DNA of 64,000 bases from Lachnospiraceae bacterium (GTDB lineage: Bacteria > Bacillota > Clostridia > Lachnospirales > Lachnospiraceae), in contig JAFYDQ010000117.1 of the NCBI GenBank assembly GCA_017544705.1, positions 14,006-78,005 on the forward strand. Direction: 5' to 3'. The translations under genes were made by a program, and so were the position numbers. A model generated the notes under the pieces. It saw only the letters and a program-made list of their open reading frames with translations, did not search any database and had not been told where the DNA came from. The stretch's first letter is position 1. Every line of letters starts with the position of its first letter. Positions 47,156 through 57,022 of this stretch are shown one piece after another.

Positions 47156-48292
47156 ATGAGATTTCGTTATATAAAGGGCAGGAAATTGCTCGCCGCCATC
47201 GGGATATTATGTGTATTTGCCCTAACGGCCTGCGGGAACGAGAATACTGCCGATAACCCTGTGACCGTTGAGGATGCGCATCCGACGGAGGCGGTTGTTA
47301 CACCGGAGCCGACGGAGGCGATCACGGAAGAGGTTGATCCCAATGCCTTAGAGCCGGGTCAGATGCGCAGTTACTTAAGCGGTCTGCCGGTCGATGAGAA
47401 GATCGGAAACAGAAGACCGATCGCGATCATGCTGAACAACCTGGAAGCAGCGCAGCCGATGAGCGGCATCAGTTATGCGGATGTTGTATACGAGTACGTT
47501 GTGGAAGGCGCGATCACGCGACTGATGGGCCTGTTTGAAAATTACGACGATCTGGACAAGATCGGATCCGTCAGAAGCTGCAGGGAATACTTCGTCTATA
47601 CGGCTTTGGAATTTGACGCGATCTATATGCATTTCGGCCAGGCTGCTTATGCGGTGGAATTACTCGGCCAGGACTATGTCGACAATCTGAACGGTCTGGG
47701 AGAAGCGGGCGACACCTGTTTCTACAGAACCTCCGACAGACAGGCGCCGCACAATGTTTATACCAGCGCCAAGGGTATCGAAGCCGGCATCAAGAAACTG
47801 GGTTACAGGGAAGATCACTATGACGGATACAAGGGAAAATTCAAATTCTGTGATCTGAACAAAGTGATCACCAATGACGGCGGCATCGATGCAAAGCACA
47901 TCGAGCCCAAGTACAGGATCAACAAGCCGTGGTTCGATTATAACGAAGCAACCGGCAAGTATGACAGATATCAGTATGACGGTCCGCAGATCGATGACCT
48001 GACCGGAGAACAGATTTCCTTCGATAATGTGATCATCCAGTACAACAAGTGGATCCAGCTGGATGAAAAGGATTATCTGGCGTTTGACTGTCATTCCGGC
48101 GGACTTATCCAATACTTTACAAAAGGCAAGATGGTTGTCGGGATGTGGCAGCGCGATATCAATGAAGAGAACTTCGACTTAAGCGCGATCCGTTACTATG
48201 ACATGGACGGTAATGAGATTGAGATCAACAACGGTAAGACATTTATCTGTGTGGTACAGGATACGGAAATGGACAACGTAGTGATCGAATAA
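47156..48292 (+). CDS. DUF3048-family lipoprotein (YerB-like)
   Basis: Signal peptide with lipobox (LAAIGILCVFALTAC) and DUF3048-like core (RRPIAIMLNN...GISYADVVYEYVVEGAITRLMGLF). I chose ATG 47156 (AGGAGC upstream) because the earlier TTG at 47105 lies inside the terminator. Confidence 0.75.
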   Translation: MRFRYIKGRKLLAAIGILCVFALTACGNENTADNPVTVEDAHPTEAVVTPEPTEAITEEVDPNALEPGQMRSYLSGLPVDEKIGNRRPIAIMLNNLEAAQPMSGISYADVVYEYVVEGAITRLMGLFENYDDLDKIGSVRSCREYFVYTALEFDAIYMHFGQAAYAVELLGQDYVDNLNGLGEAGDTCFYRTSDRQAPHNVYTSAKGIEAGIKKLGYREDHYDGYKGKFKFCDLNKVITNDGGIDAKHIEPKYRINKPWFDYNEATGKYDRYQYDGPQIDDLTGEQISFDNVIIQYNKWIQLDEKDYLAFDCHSGGLIQYFTKGKMVVGMWQRDINEENFDLSAIRYYDMDGNEIEINNGKTFICVVQDTEMDNVVIE

Positions 48293-48300
48293 GAACAATA

Positions 48301-48337
48301 AATCCCGATTCTTTAAGAATCGGGATTATTTTATTTT
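48301..48337 (+). terminator. Intrinsic terminator
   Basis: Perfect 11-bp stem AATCCCGATTC / GAATCGGGATT with loop TTTAA, followed by ATTTTATTTT. Confidence 0.7.
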
Positions 48338-48347
48338 ACGGGAGATT

Positions 48348-49421
48348 ATGATGAAAAAAACAGCATTGATCATGGCAGGCGGAAGAGGAGAACGGTTCTG
48401 GCCAAAGAGCCGGAAAATGCTCCCCAAACAGTTCCTTTCCTTAACGGATGACGGGAAGACGATGATCCAGTTAACGGTAGAGCGGATCCTGCCGCTCGTC
48501 GATGTGAGCGATATCTATATCGCGACCAACAAGGATTACCTTCCGTTGGTAAAAGAACAGCTTCCGGATGTCCCGGAGGAAAATATCCTGTGCGAGCCGG
48601 TCGGCAGAAACACCGCGCCGTGTATTGCGCTTGGAGCTGCGCTGATCTCGATGAAGTATGATGATGCGCTTATGATGGTACTGCCGAGCGATCATCTGAT
48701 CCGCTACAACAGTATGTACCAGTCCACCCTGCGGGATGCCTGCGAGGTGGCCGAGCAGGGGGATAACCTGGTCACGGTCGGGATCACACCGGACCATGCG
48801 GAGACCGGTTACGGTTATATCAAGTTTTCCAATGAAAAGACGGTGGGACGTGCTTTTGCCGTGGAACAGTTTGTGGAAAAACCGTCTCTGGAAGTGGCCA
48901 AGGAGTACCTGGCCGCGGATGATTATCTTTGGAATTCCGGGATGTTTTTGTGGAAGATCTCTTCGGTCATGAAACGCTTCACGGAGCTGATGCCGGAAGT
49001 CCATGCAGGGGTCATGGAAATCCGCGACGCATACAAAAACGGAAACGGCGAAGAAGCGCTGCAGCGGATCTTCCCGACGTTTCCTTCCATTTCCATTGAC
49101 TATGGCGTCATGGAAAAATCACAGAATATCTTCACGATCCCGGGAGCCTTCGGCTGGGATGATGTCGGCAGCTGGCTGGCCGTCGAGCGGATCAAGAAAT
49201 CCAATGAGTCGGGAAATATCGTGAACGGGAACGTGATCACGATCAATACCAAAAACTGTATCATCCAGGCAGAGGGAAAACTGATCGCAACGGTTGGTCT
49301 TAAGGATCTGATCATTGTGGACACGGAAGATGCGACACTGATCTGCGACAAAGAAACCACAGCGGACATCAAGAAGGTTCTGGAAAACTTAAGGATCTGC
49401 AACAGAAACGAATACCTGTAG
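48348..49421 (+). CDS. Mannose-1-phosphate guanylyltransferase (nucleotidyltransferase domain only)
   Basis: The motifs IMAGGRGERFWPKSR and LPSDH are typical of the ManC/CpsB N-terminal domain. There is no C-terminal cupin isomerase domain. Confidence 0.75.
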   Translation: MMKKTALIMAGGRGERFWPKSRKMLPKQFLSLTDDGKTMIQLTVERILPLVDVSDIYIATNKDYLPLVKEQLPDVPEENILCEPVGRNTAPCIALGAALISMKYDDALMMVLPSDHLIRYNSMYQSTLRDACEVAEQGDNLVTVGITPDHAETGYGYIKFSNEKTVGRAFAVEQFVEKPSLEVAKEYLAADDYLWNSGMFLWKISSVMKRFTELMPEVHAGVMEIRDAYKNGNGEEALQRIFPTFPSISIDYGVMEKSQNIFTIPGAFGWDDVGSWLAVERIKKSNESGNIVNGNVITINTKNCIIQAEGKLIATVGLKDLIIVDTEDATLICDKETTADIKKVLENLRICNRNEYL

Positions 49422-49426
49422 GGAAT

Positions 49427-50383
49427 ATGCGATACTACAAATATACGATCAAAACAACAACAGAAGCCGAAGACATCCTGATCAGTGCCCTGTATGACAT
49501 CGGGATCGAAGGAGCCGAGATCGAAGACAGGATCCCTTTGAGCGAAGCAGAAAAGGCGGGTATGTTCGTGGATATCATGCCGGAGACTGCAGCGGATGAC
49601 GGCGTGGCATATGTACGCTTTTATCTGGAGGAATCGGAAGACCAGGATGCATGGCTTGCGCGCGTACGGGAAGAATTAAAGGACCTGTCGTCCTTCATGG
49701 ACGCCGGAGAACTTACGATCACGACGGACCAGACAGAGGATGCCGACTTTTTAAATAACTGGAAACAGTATTTTCATCAGTTTTATATCGACGATATTTT
49801 GGTCGTACCTTCTTGGGAAACCGTAAAGGAAGACGATGCGGACAAAATGATCATACACATCGATCCGGGAACGGCTTTCGGAACCGGCATGCACGAGACA
49901 ACGCAGTTGTGCATAAGAGCCCTGCGGGAGCATGTAACGGAGCAAACCGCCCTGCTGGATGTCGGAACGGGAAGTGGCATTCTGGCGATCATGGCATATA
50001 AGTTCGGTGCGGCTTCCGCGATTGGCACCGATCTGGATATCTGTGCGATCGATGCGGTTAAGGACAATATGGAAGCAAACGGCCTGACGGATAGGAAATT
50101 TAAGCTTCTGATCGGGAATATCATCGACGACCCTGCCATACAGGAAGGAGTCGGATACGGCAGGTATGATATCGTAACGGCCAATATCCTTGCCGAGGTG
50201 CTGATCCCTTTAACGCCGGTCGTTATGCGGTGCTTAAAGCCTGGCGGGATCTATATCACTTCCGGCATTATTGACGATAAAGAAGAAGCAGTGAAAAAGG
50301 CTGTAGAAGAGGCCGGCTTTGAGATCCTTTCGATCAGGCATCAGGGGGAATGGGTCGGTATCACAGCCGGAAAACCGGTGTAA
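49427..50383 (+). CDS. prmA: Ribosomal protein L11 methyltransferase
   Basis: PGTAFGTGMHETT and the SAM motif LDVGTGSGILAI are present. Its position downstream of dnaJ matches B. subtilis. Confidence 0.9.
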   Translation: MRYYKYTIKTTTEAEDILISALYDIGIEGAEIEDRIPLSEAEKAGMFVDIMPETAADDGVAYVRFYLEESEDQDAWLARVREELKDLSSFMDAGELTITTDQTEDADFLNNWKQYFHQFYIDDILVVPSWETVKEDDADKMIIHIDPGTAFGTGMHETTQLCIRALREHVTEQTALLDVGTGSGILAIMAYKFGAASAIGTDLDICAIDAVKDNMEANGLTDRKFKLLIGNIIDDPAIQEGVGYGRYDIVTANILAEVLIPLTPVVMRCLKPGGIYITSGIIDDKEEAVKKAVEEAGFEILSIRHQGEWVGITAGKPV

Positions 50384-50386
50384 ACA

Positions 50387-51133
50387 ATGTTTCAGTTTTT
50401 TACCGAAAGCGGACAGATCAGAGACGGTCACGCATACATTACGGGCAGTGACGTAAATCACATCAGAAATGTTCTTCGCCTCAAAGCGGGTGATCGCCTG
50501 CAGGTCATACAGGAAGATGACCCGCATCTTTATCTTTGCAGGATCCTGCAAACGGAGGGAGATACGGTTCAATGCGCCGTGGAGGAGGTTCTGCCTCAGG
50601 AAACGGAGCTTCCGGTAAAAGTCATTCTTATCCAGGCGCTTCCCAAGGGAGACAAAATGGAATGGATCCTGCAAAAATGCGTGGAGCTCGGTGTGCAGGA
50701 AGTCATACCGGTCGCAACGAAGAACGCGGTGGTAAAGCTTGACCCCAAAAAGGCGGCAAACAAAGTAGGCCGCTGGAATGAGATCGCGAAAGCTGCGGCA
50801 AAACAGGCAAAACGCGGAATGATCCCGCTCGTGCATCCGGTCGCATCGTTTGCGGAGGCGATTTCCATGATGCAGAACATGGATCAGGCGCTGATCGCTT
50901 ATGAGCATGCGGACATGAACCGGATGGACGAAACGCGGAAAATACTCACATCGATCAGGGAAGGACAGACGGTCGGCATCTTCATCGGACCGGAAGGCGG
51001 ATTTACACCGGAAGAGGTGGAACTTGCCATGCAGTCGGGGATCAGGCCCGTTACGCTGGGCAGACGGATCCTTCGGACCGAGACGGCCGGAATGACGATC
51101 CTTTCATGGCTGGTCTATGTTTTGGAGAAATGA
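50387..51133 (+). CDS. rsmE: 16S rRNA (uracil1498-N3)-methyltransferase
   Basis: PUA-like N-terminus and a SPOUT domain (IGPEGGFTPEEV, LGRRILRTETA). Confidence 0.9.
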   Translation: MFQFFTESGQIRDGHAYITGSDVNHIRNVLRLKAGDRLQVIQEDDPHLYLCRILQTEGDTVQCAVEEVLPQETELPVKVILIQALPKGDKMEWILQKCVELGVQEVIPVATKNAVVKLDPKKAANKVGRWNEIAKAAAKQAKRGMIPLVHPVASFAEAISMMQNMDQALIAYEHADMNRMDETRKILTSIREGQTVGIFIGPEGGFTPEEVELAMQSGIRPVTLGRRILRTETAGMTILSWLVYVLEK

Positions 51134-51134
51134 T

Positions 51135-52316
51135 ATGCAGGTATATTTAGACAATTCGGCAACAACCCGTCCCTTTGATGACGTACGGGAAATGATGCGG
51201 GAGATAGAGGCTGAAAATTACGGTAATCCGTCCAGCTTGCACATGATGGGTGTGCGCTCGGAGCAGGAACTGCGTCATGCCAGGGAGATCCTGGCGGGAT
51301 TGCTCAAGGTAAAAGAAAAGGAAATCTGCTTTACGTCCGGCGGAACGGAATCAGATAATCTGGCCCTGATCGGCTGTGCCAGAGCAAACAAAAGAAGCGG
51401 ACAGCACCTGATCACAACGAAGATCGAACATCCGGCGGTTCTTGAGACGATGAAATTTCTGGAAACGGAAGGGTATGAAGTGACGTATCTGGATGTGGAT
51501 GCGAACGGATGCGTGCAGACGGATACCCTGCAAAACGCTTTAAGGAAAGATACGATCCTGGTTTCTGTCATGCACGTGAACAACGAGATCGGATCCCTGC
51601 AGCAGATCCGGGAGCTGTCGGCTGCCGCAAAAGCCTTCAATCCCGCGATCCTGTTTCATGTCGATGCCGTACAGTCATTTGGCAAATACAGGATATACCC
51701 CAAGCGGTGGGGCATTGATCTGCTTTCCGTAAGCGCGCATAAGATCCACGGGCCCAAGGGGACCGGGTTTTTATATGCAGACGAAAAAGTCAAAATGCAG
51801 CCGGTCCTGTTTGGCGGCGGACAACAGGGCGGGCGCAGGTCCGGGACGGAAAACGTTCCTGCCATAGCGGGTATGGCACGGGCTGCCGAAGAGATCTATG
51901 AAGACTTTGAAAACAAGATCGAAAGACTCTATACGCTGAAGACAGGCTTTATCGAAGAACTGGAAAGGCTGGATCAGGTCCGGGTCAATGCGATCCCTGT
52001 AGGAGATGAGGAATTATCCGTGCGCGTTAAGAAAAGCGCACCGCATATCGTCAGCGCATCGGTAGGCGGGATCCGTGCGGAAGTCCTGCTGCATGCTCTG
52101 GAGGAGAAAGGGATCTATGTCTCATCCGGCTCCGCCTGTGCCAGCAACAAACCGGCACTTTCCAAAACCTTAATGGCGATCGGGGTGGAAAGAACGCTTT
52201 TGGACTCCACGATCCGTTTCAGCTTCAGTATGGAGACGACCAAAGAGGAATTGGATTATACCATAGAGGCGCTGCGGGAACTGCTGCCCGCGTTGCGAAG
52301 ATATACAAGACATTAG
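51135..52316 (+). CDS. Cysteine desulfurase (NifS/NifZ/IscS-like) partnered with thiI
   Basis: Class-V aminotransferase features: YLDNSATT, the PLP lysine in SAHKIHGPKG and the active-site region SSGSACAS. ATG 51135 follows the rsmE stop directly. Confidence 0.85.
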   Translation: MQVYLDNSATTRPFDDVREMMREIEAENYGNPSSLHMMGVRSEQELRHAREILAGLLKVKEKEICFTSGGTESDNLALIGCARANKRSGQHLITTKIEHPAVLETMKFLETEGYEVTYLDVDANGCVQTDTLQNALRKDTILVSVMHVNNEIGSLQQIRELSAAAKAFNPAILFHVDAVQSFGKYRIYPKRWGIDLLSVSAHKIHGPKGTGFLYADEKVKMQPVLFGGGQQGGRRSGTENVPAIAGMARAAEEIYEDFENKIERLYTLKTGFIEELERLDQVRVNAIPVGDEELSVRVKKSAPHIVSASVGGIRAEVLLHALEEKGIYVSSGSACASNKPALSKTLMAIGVERTLLDSTIRFSFSMETTKEELDYTIEALRELLPALRRYTRH

Positions 52317-52328
52317 TACGGAGGAAGT

Positions 52329-53510
52329 ATGCAGTACGCATCATTTTTGATCAAATATACGGAGATCGCGATCAAAGGAAAAAACAGATATCTCTTTGAG
52401 GATGCTTTGGTCGCAAGGATCAGAGGGGCGCTTAAAAAGGTGGACGGCACCTTTATCGTGAGCAAAAATCAGGGCCGGATCTATGTGGACACCGAGGGCG
52501 CGTATGATTTTGACGAAACGGTGGAAGCGCTGAAGTGCGTATTCGGGATCAGCGGCATCTGTCCGGTCGTTCGCACGGAGGATGAAGGCTTTGAGAAACT
52601 CAAAGAGGACGTGATCCGCTATATCGAAAATGTTTATCCTGAAGCGGATCAGACCTTTAAGGTACATGCAAGACGCGCCAGAAAGAATTACCCGATGGAG
52701 TCCATGGAACTGAACCGCGAGCTCGGCGGCGCCATATTGGACCGCTTTCCGAATATGAAGGTGGACGTGCATGATCCGCAGATCCTGCTTACGGTTGAGA
52801 TCAGGGAGCATATCTACATTTATTCCAAGGTGATCCCGGGACCCGGCGGAATGCCTGTCGGAACCAACGGAAAAGCCATGCTGCTGCTTTCGGGCGGGAT
52901 CGATTCCCCGGTTGCCGGATACATGATCAGCAAGCGCGGCGTCAAGATCGATGCGGTATATTTCCATGCACCGCCCTATACCTCGGAGCGTGCAAAGCAG
53001 AAGGTGGTCGATCTGGCAGGAAAGATCGCAAAATATGCGGGGACGATCTATCTGCATGTGATCAATTTTACGGATATCCAGCTCTATATATACGAAAAAT
53101 GCCCGCATGATGAACTGACGATCATCATGCGCAGATATATGATGAAGATCGCGGAACAGATCGCCAAAGAGACGGAATGTCTGGGGCTGATCACCGGGGA
53201 ATCCATCGGACAGGTGGCAAGCCAGACCATGCAGTCTCTTTCGGTGACCAATGAAGTATGCACGCTGCCCGTTTACCGGCCGCTGATCGGATTTGACAAG
53301 CAGGAGATCGTCACAATCTCGGAGCAGATCGATACCTATGAGACCTCGATCCTTCCCTTTGAGGACTGCTGCACGATCTTTGTTGCCAAGCATCCGGTGA
53401 CCAAACCGAATCTGAAAGTCATCAAACGGCACGAACGCAATCTGGAAGAAAAGATTGACGAGTTATTTGAAAAAGCGATCGAAACCAAAGAACTGATCAT
53501 CGTGGAGTAG
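52329..53510 (+). CDS. thiI: tRNA 4-thiouridine synthase ThiI
   Basis: Ferredoxin-like and THUMP N-terminus, followed by the PP-loop LLLSGGIDSPVA. Confidence 0.9.
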   Translation: MQYASFLIKYTEIAIKGKNRYLFEDALVARIRGALKKVDGTFIVSKNQGRIYVDTEGAYDFDETVEALKCVFGISGICPVVRTEDEGFEKLKEDVIRYIENVYPEADQTFKVHARRARKNYPMESMELNRELGGAILDRFPNMKVDVHDPQILLTVEIREHIYIYSKVIPGPGGMPVGTNGKAMLLLSGGIDSPVAGYMISKRGVKIDAVYFHAPPYTSERAKQKVVDLAGKIAKYAGTIYLHVINFTDIQLYIYEKCPHDELTIIMRRYMMKIAEQIAKETECLGLITGESIGQVASQTMQSLSVTNEVCTLPVYRPLIGFDKQEIVTISEQIDTYETSILPFEDCCTIFVAKHPVTKPNLKVIKRHERNLEEKIDELFEKAIETKELIIVE

Positions 53511-53525
53511 CCTGCAGGGATTCTC

Positions 53526-55202
53526 ATGGAACAGACCCGGAAAAAGAAAACCGAATATTGCCTGCTGTTTCTGACAGGGTGCCTGATGGGGGCGCTCTGC
53601 TTTATTGCGGTTTACGGAGTGAAGATCCTGGATGTCCGCTATGATGCCTGGCTGATGAACGGGGATCTGGATCTGATGCAGCACTATATCGGATGGGGCC
53701 ATTACAGGAACAGCCCCTGGACAGTTCCCATCGGGCTGATCGCGACGCTGTCCAAGCCTTATTCCATGTCGGTGATCTACACGGACTCGATCCCGCTTGT
53801 TGCCGTACTCTGTAAATTCCTTTCTCCTGTTTTGCCGGAAACCTTCCAGTATTTCGGCCTTTACGGATTATTCAGCTTTGCACTGCAGGGCGGGTGTGCG
53901 ATGCTCCTTGTCCACCGCCTGGTCAGACAAAGGTGGTTTGCGGTTCTGGCATCCTTTTTCTTTATCCTGAGCTTTCCGATCCTGCAAAGGATGTATTATC
54001 ATACGGCTCTGGCATCCCATTGGCTGATCCTGCTGGCGCTGATCCTGTGGCTCTATCAGGAACCGGAGACCGGGATCAGAAAACGGCTCCTTCAGTGGGG
54101 CGGACTCGGCTTCCTGTGTGTGGCGATTCATTCCTATTTTCTGCCGATGGCGGGCGGGATCCTGCTGTTTGCGGTGATCGAACAGATCATTGTCGGCAAA
54201 AAAACGACCGGAAAGACGGGAAGGGCAGTTTTGACCGGTGCAGCCGAAATAGCGGCTTTTTGTATTGCGGCGATCCTGAATTTATGGCTGCTTGGTGCAT
54301 TCTACGGAGGTGCATCCGCGATCGGCGGCGGGATCGGTACCTTTGAAAGCAATCTGAATACGTTTTACAATCCGCTCGGACACGGGTTTGGCGGGTTTTC
54401 GTTCCCGCTTTATTATGATTTTCAATACGAAGGATTCGGGTATCTGGGACTCGGGATGCTGATGCTTATCGTTGCGATTTTGATCGGCATGGCCGGCATT
54501 CTTGTGATCGGACGCAGAGAATGGAAGTGGCGCGGCTACCTGAAGGTGCATCACAGGCAGTTCCTGCTGCTCTTTCTGTTCCTCCTGTTTATCCTTCTGG
54601 CAGCAGGCCCGATCTATACGTGGAACGATCATAAGATCCTCTCATTGCCCCTGCCGGGTGCGATCGGGAAACTGGCGGATATTTTCCGGTCAAACGGCCG
54701 GATGATCTGGGTATCCGTTTATGTACTGATGCTGGCGGTATTTGTGTGCATGGATCGCTGTATGCGGCGTCCCCTGCAGGTGATTGCCCTGATTCTGGCA
54801 CTTTTGATCCAGTTAGTCGATCTGTCCGGAGAGATCAGGGGAAAACAGGCCTATTTTAACGTAAAACAGGAATATGCGGACAGCTGGGAGGATGCGACCT
54901 TGCGGCAGATCATCGCGGGAAAAAGTGAGTTCATTCTGATGGATTCCACAACGCTTGTGATGATGCACAGTGCTTATCATGCATTCAAGCATCACATGAG
55001 TATCAACCGGTTTTATTATGCGAGAAATATCGATGCGCAGGTGGATGCGCAGGTGGAAAAATACAGGCGGGAATTGCTTGACGGGAATGCCAGGGAAACG
55101 GCAGTTTATCTGTTTTTAAAAGAAGATTTCACGCCCGGGGCATATCCCGACCTGGTCTGCTATGAGGTCGGAGAACATATTGTGGGAGTGAAGAGAAAAT
55201 AG
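53526..55202 (+). CDS. Large polytopic membrane protein, DUF6311-like (possible GT-C-type glycosyltransferase)
   Basis: 558 aa with about 11 TM helices. The N-terminal loop motif is DLDLMQHYIGWGHYRNSPWTVPIG...IYTDSIPLVAVLCKFLSP..PETFQYFG. A soluble domain of about 130 aa sits at the C-terminus. The family name comes from memory. Confidence 0.6.
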   Translation: MEQTRKKKTEYCLLFLTGCLMGALCFIAVYGVKILDVRYDAWLMNGDLDLMQHYIGWGHYRNSPWTVPIGLIATLSKPYSMSVIYTDSIPLVAVLCKFLSPVLPETFQYFGLYGLFSFALQGGCAMLLVHRLVRQRWFAVLASFFFILSFPILQRMYYHTALASHWLILLALILWLYQEPETGIRKRLLQWGGLGFLCVAIHSYFLPMAGGILLFAVIEQIIVGKKTTGKTGRAVLTGAAEIAAFCIAAILNLWLLGAFYGGASAIGGGIGTFESNLNTFYNPLGHGFGGFSFPLYYDFQYEGFGYLGLGMLMLIVAILIGMAGILVIGRREWKWRGYLKVHHRQFLLLFLFLLFILLAAGPIYTWNDHKILSLPLPGAIGKLADIFRSNGRMIWVSVYVLMLAVFVCMDRCMRRPLQVIALILALLIQLVDLSGEIRGKQAYFNVKQEYADSWEDATLRQIIAGKSEFILMDSTTLVMMHSAYHAFKHHMSINRFYYARNIDAQVDAQVEKYRRELLDGNARETAVYLFLKEDFTPGAYPDLVCYEVGEHIVGVKRK

Positions 55203-55205
55203 CGC

Positions 55206-55234
55206 ATAAAAAAAGGACATTTGCATGCCCTTTT
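55206..55234 (-). terminator. Intrinsic terminator of the mini-HPr gene (partly bidirectional)
   Basis: On the minus strand: AAGGGCAT, loop GCAA, ATGTCCTT (8 bp including one G-U), followed by T7. On the plus strand the stem has one mismatch and only T4 follows. Confidence 0.5.
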
Positions 55235-55258
55235 GGTTGCCCTACGGCCAAATACAGA

Positions 55259-55489
55259 TTATAACATGTATGGCTTGATAACAGCCAAAACGTCATCTGC
55301 ATTGTCTTCTGCATGAATATTTAAGTCGATCGGTTTGGAAAGATCAAGACTGAAAATACCCATGATTGATTTGGCATCAATTACATATCTGCCGGAAACC
55401 AGGTCAAAATCATTGTCAAATTTCGTGATGTCATTAACAAAAGATTTAACCTTATCGATGGAATTTAATGAAATCTGAACTGTTTTCAT
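55259..55489 (-). CDS. Short HPr-family-like protein lacking the His15 site (Ser46-type motif retained)
   Basis: 76 aa. The sequence GRYVIDAKSIMGIFSLDLSKPIDLNIHAED aligns with the HPr region ...VNLKSIMGVMSLGI.... The His15 region GIHARPA is replaced by SIDKVKS. AAAGGAGG lies upstream. Confidence 0.65.
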   Translation of the reverse strand: MKTVQISLNSIDKVKSFVNDITKFDNDFDLVSGRYVIDAKSIMGIFSLDLSKPIDLNIHAEDNADDVLAVIKPYML

Positions 55490-55527
55490 TTTCTGTCCTC
55501 CTTTACATAATATTTCTTACAATCCCT

Positions 55528-55556
55528 ATCATAATTCCGGCAAAATAAAAAGTCAA
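55528..55556 (-). promoter_or_regulatory. Candidate sigma-A promoter for the mini-HPr gene
   Basis: On the minus strand: TTGACT (55556-55551), 17-nt spacer, TATGAT (55533-55528). Confidence 0.5.
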
Positions 55557-55590
55557 TACAGAAAACATCACAAAAAATAAGGAGAAATCA

Positions 55591-56943
55591 ATGAAAAAAG
55601 CGGCTTTTCACAACTTGGGCTGCAAGGTCAATTCCTATGAGATGGAATATATGCAACAGGAATTTGCAAAAAAGGGGTACGAAATTGTGCCATTTGCCGA
55701 AAAAGCGGATATTTATGTGATCAACACCTGTACGGTTACCAATATTGCGGACAGAAAGAGCCGCCAGATGCTGCATCAGGCAAAGAAACGAAACCCGGAC
55801 GCGCTGGTGGTTGCCACGGGATGCTATGTGAATACGGATACGGAAGGAGCCGCCGCCGATCCCATGATCGATCTGCTGATCGGCAACAACCGGAAAGGGG
55901 AGATCGTTTCCCTTGTGGAGGAGGCACTTCTATCGCGCGAGAGAAAGCTTTCCTGCGTGCCGGATCTGTCGCGGGAAACCGTTTATGAAGAGTTCATGCT
56001 TGCAGGAACCAAAGAGCATACAAGGGTATCCGTTAAGATCCAGGACGGGTGCGATCAGTTTTGCAGTTATTGCATCATCCCGTTTGCCAGAGGAAGGGCC
56101 AGAAGCAGAAAAAAAGAGGCAGTACTCTCAGAGATCGGTGCACTCTGTCAACAGGGCTATAAAGAAGTGGTGCTTACCGGGATCCATTTAAGCTCTTACG
56201 GGCTTGATCTGGCCGGACACAGATACAATGAAGTATCAGACGGGGGATCGTATACCAACGAAGCGCTGCTTTCTCTGATCCGGGAGATCGATGAACATAC
56301 GCCGATCAGCCGGATCCGGCTGGGGTCGCTGGAACCGCAGATCATTACGAGAGATTTTCTGGAAGGACTGCAGGGCGTCGGATCCTTTTGCGAACACTTC
56401 CACCTGTCGCTGCAGAGCGGATCGGACAGTGTGCTCAAAAGGATGAACCGGCACTATACGAGTGCGGAATATCTTAAAAAAGTGAACCTGATCCGCGAAT
56501 ACTATCCGATGGCAGCGATCACCACGGATGTGATCGTGGGATTCCCGGGAGAAACGGAGGAAGAGTTCAGGGAGACGGAGGCTTTTCTGGATGCGGTTGA
56601 TTTTTACGAGGTACACGTATTCAAATACAGCAGGAGAAAAGGAACAACAGCGGACCGTATGAGTGGGCAATTGACCGATGCGGTCAAAAGCGAGCGTTCC
56701 AAGATCCTGATCGCGGAAAGCAGGAAACGGCAGCAGTCTTTCATGCAAAAGCTGATCGGGGAAACGGTCGTTGTGCTGACGGAGGAAACGATCCGGGTAA
56801 ACGGACGGGATTATATGACCGGTTTTACGAAGAATTATGTACGTTGTGCACTGGCGGGCAGGTTGCCCGACGGAGAAATCGTAAGCGGCGTTGTCAAGGG
56901 GGTCTTAACGGACGAAATCCTTGAAGTTTCGGGGGATTCGTAG
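55591..56943 (+). CDS. mtaB: tRNA (t6A37) methylthiotransferase MtaB (radical SAM, YqeV-like)
   Basis: UPF0004 N-terminal domain (NLGCKVNSYE...NTCTVT), radical-SAM motif CDQFCSYC and a C-terminal TRAM domain. The prmA-rsmE-mtaB order matches B. subtilis yqeT-yqeU-yqeV. Confidence 0.85.
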   Translation: MKKAAFHNLGCKVNSYEMEYMQQEFAKKGYEIVPFAEKADIYVINTCTVTNIADRKSRQMLHQAKKRNPDALVVATGCYVNTDTEGAAADPMIDLLIGNNRKGEIVSLVEEALLSRERKLSCVPDLSRETVYEEFMLAGTKEHTRVSVKIQDGCDQFCSYCIIPFARGRARSRKKEAVLSEIGALCQQGYKEVVLTGIHLSSYGLDLAGHRYNEVSDGGSYTNEALLSLIREIDEHTPISRIRLGSLEPQIITRDFLEGLQGVGSFCEHFHLSLQSGSDSVLKRMNRHYTSAEYLKKVNLIREYYPMAAITTDVIVGFPGETEEEFRETEAFLDAVDFYEVHVFKYSRRKGTTADRMSGQLTDAVKSERSKILIAESRKRQQSFMQKLIGETVVVLTEETIRVNGRDYMTGFTKNYVRCALAGRLPDGEIVSGVVKGVLTDEILEVSGDS

Positions 56944-57022
56944 TATATTTATAAAAGGTATGTGCACGGATTAGGGGCACATAAAATGAAGTTCGCAAGA
57001 TGGGCGATAAGGAGGGTTTATC

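Noticed and set aside
52341-53432. 363-aa minus-strand ORF antisense to thiI
   Set aside because: The plus-strand product has the ThiI THUMP and PP-loop (SGGIDSPVA) signatures. The antisense translation is Arg/His/Asp-rich with no motifs, so it is a shadow ORF.
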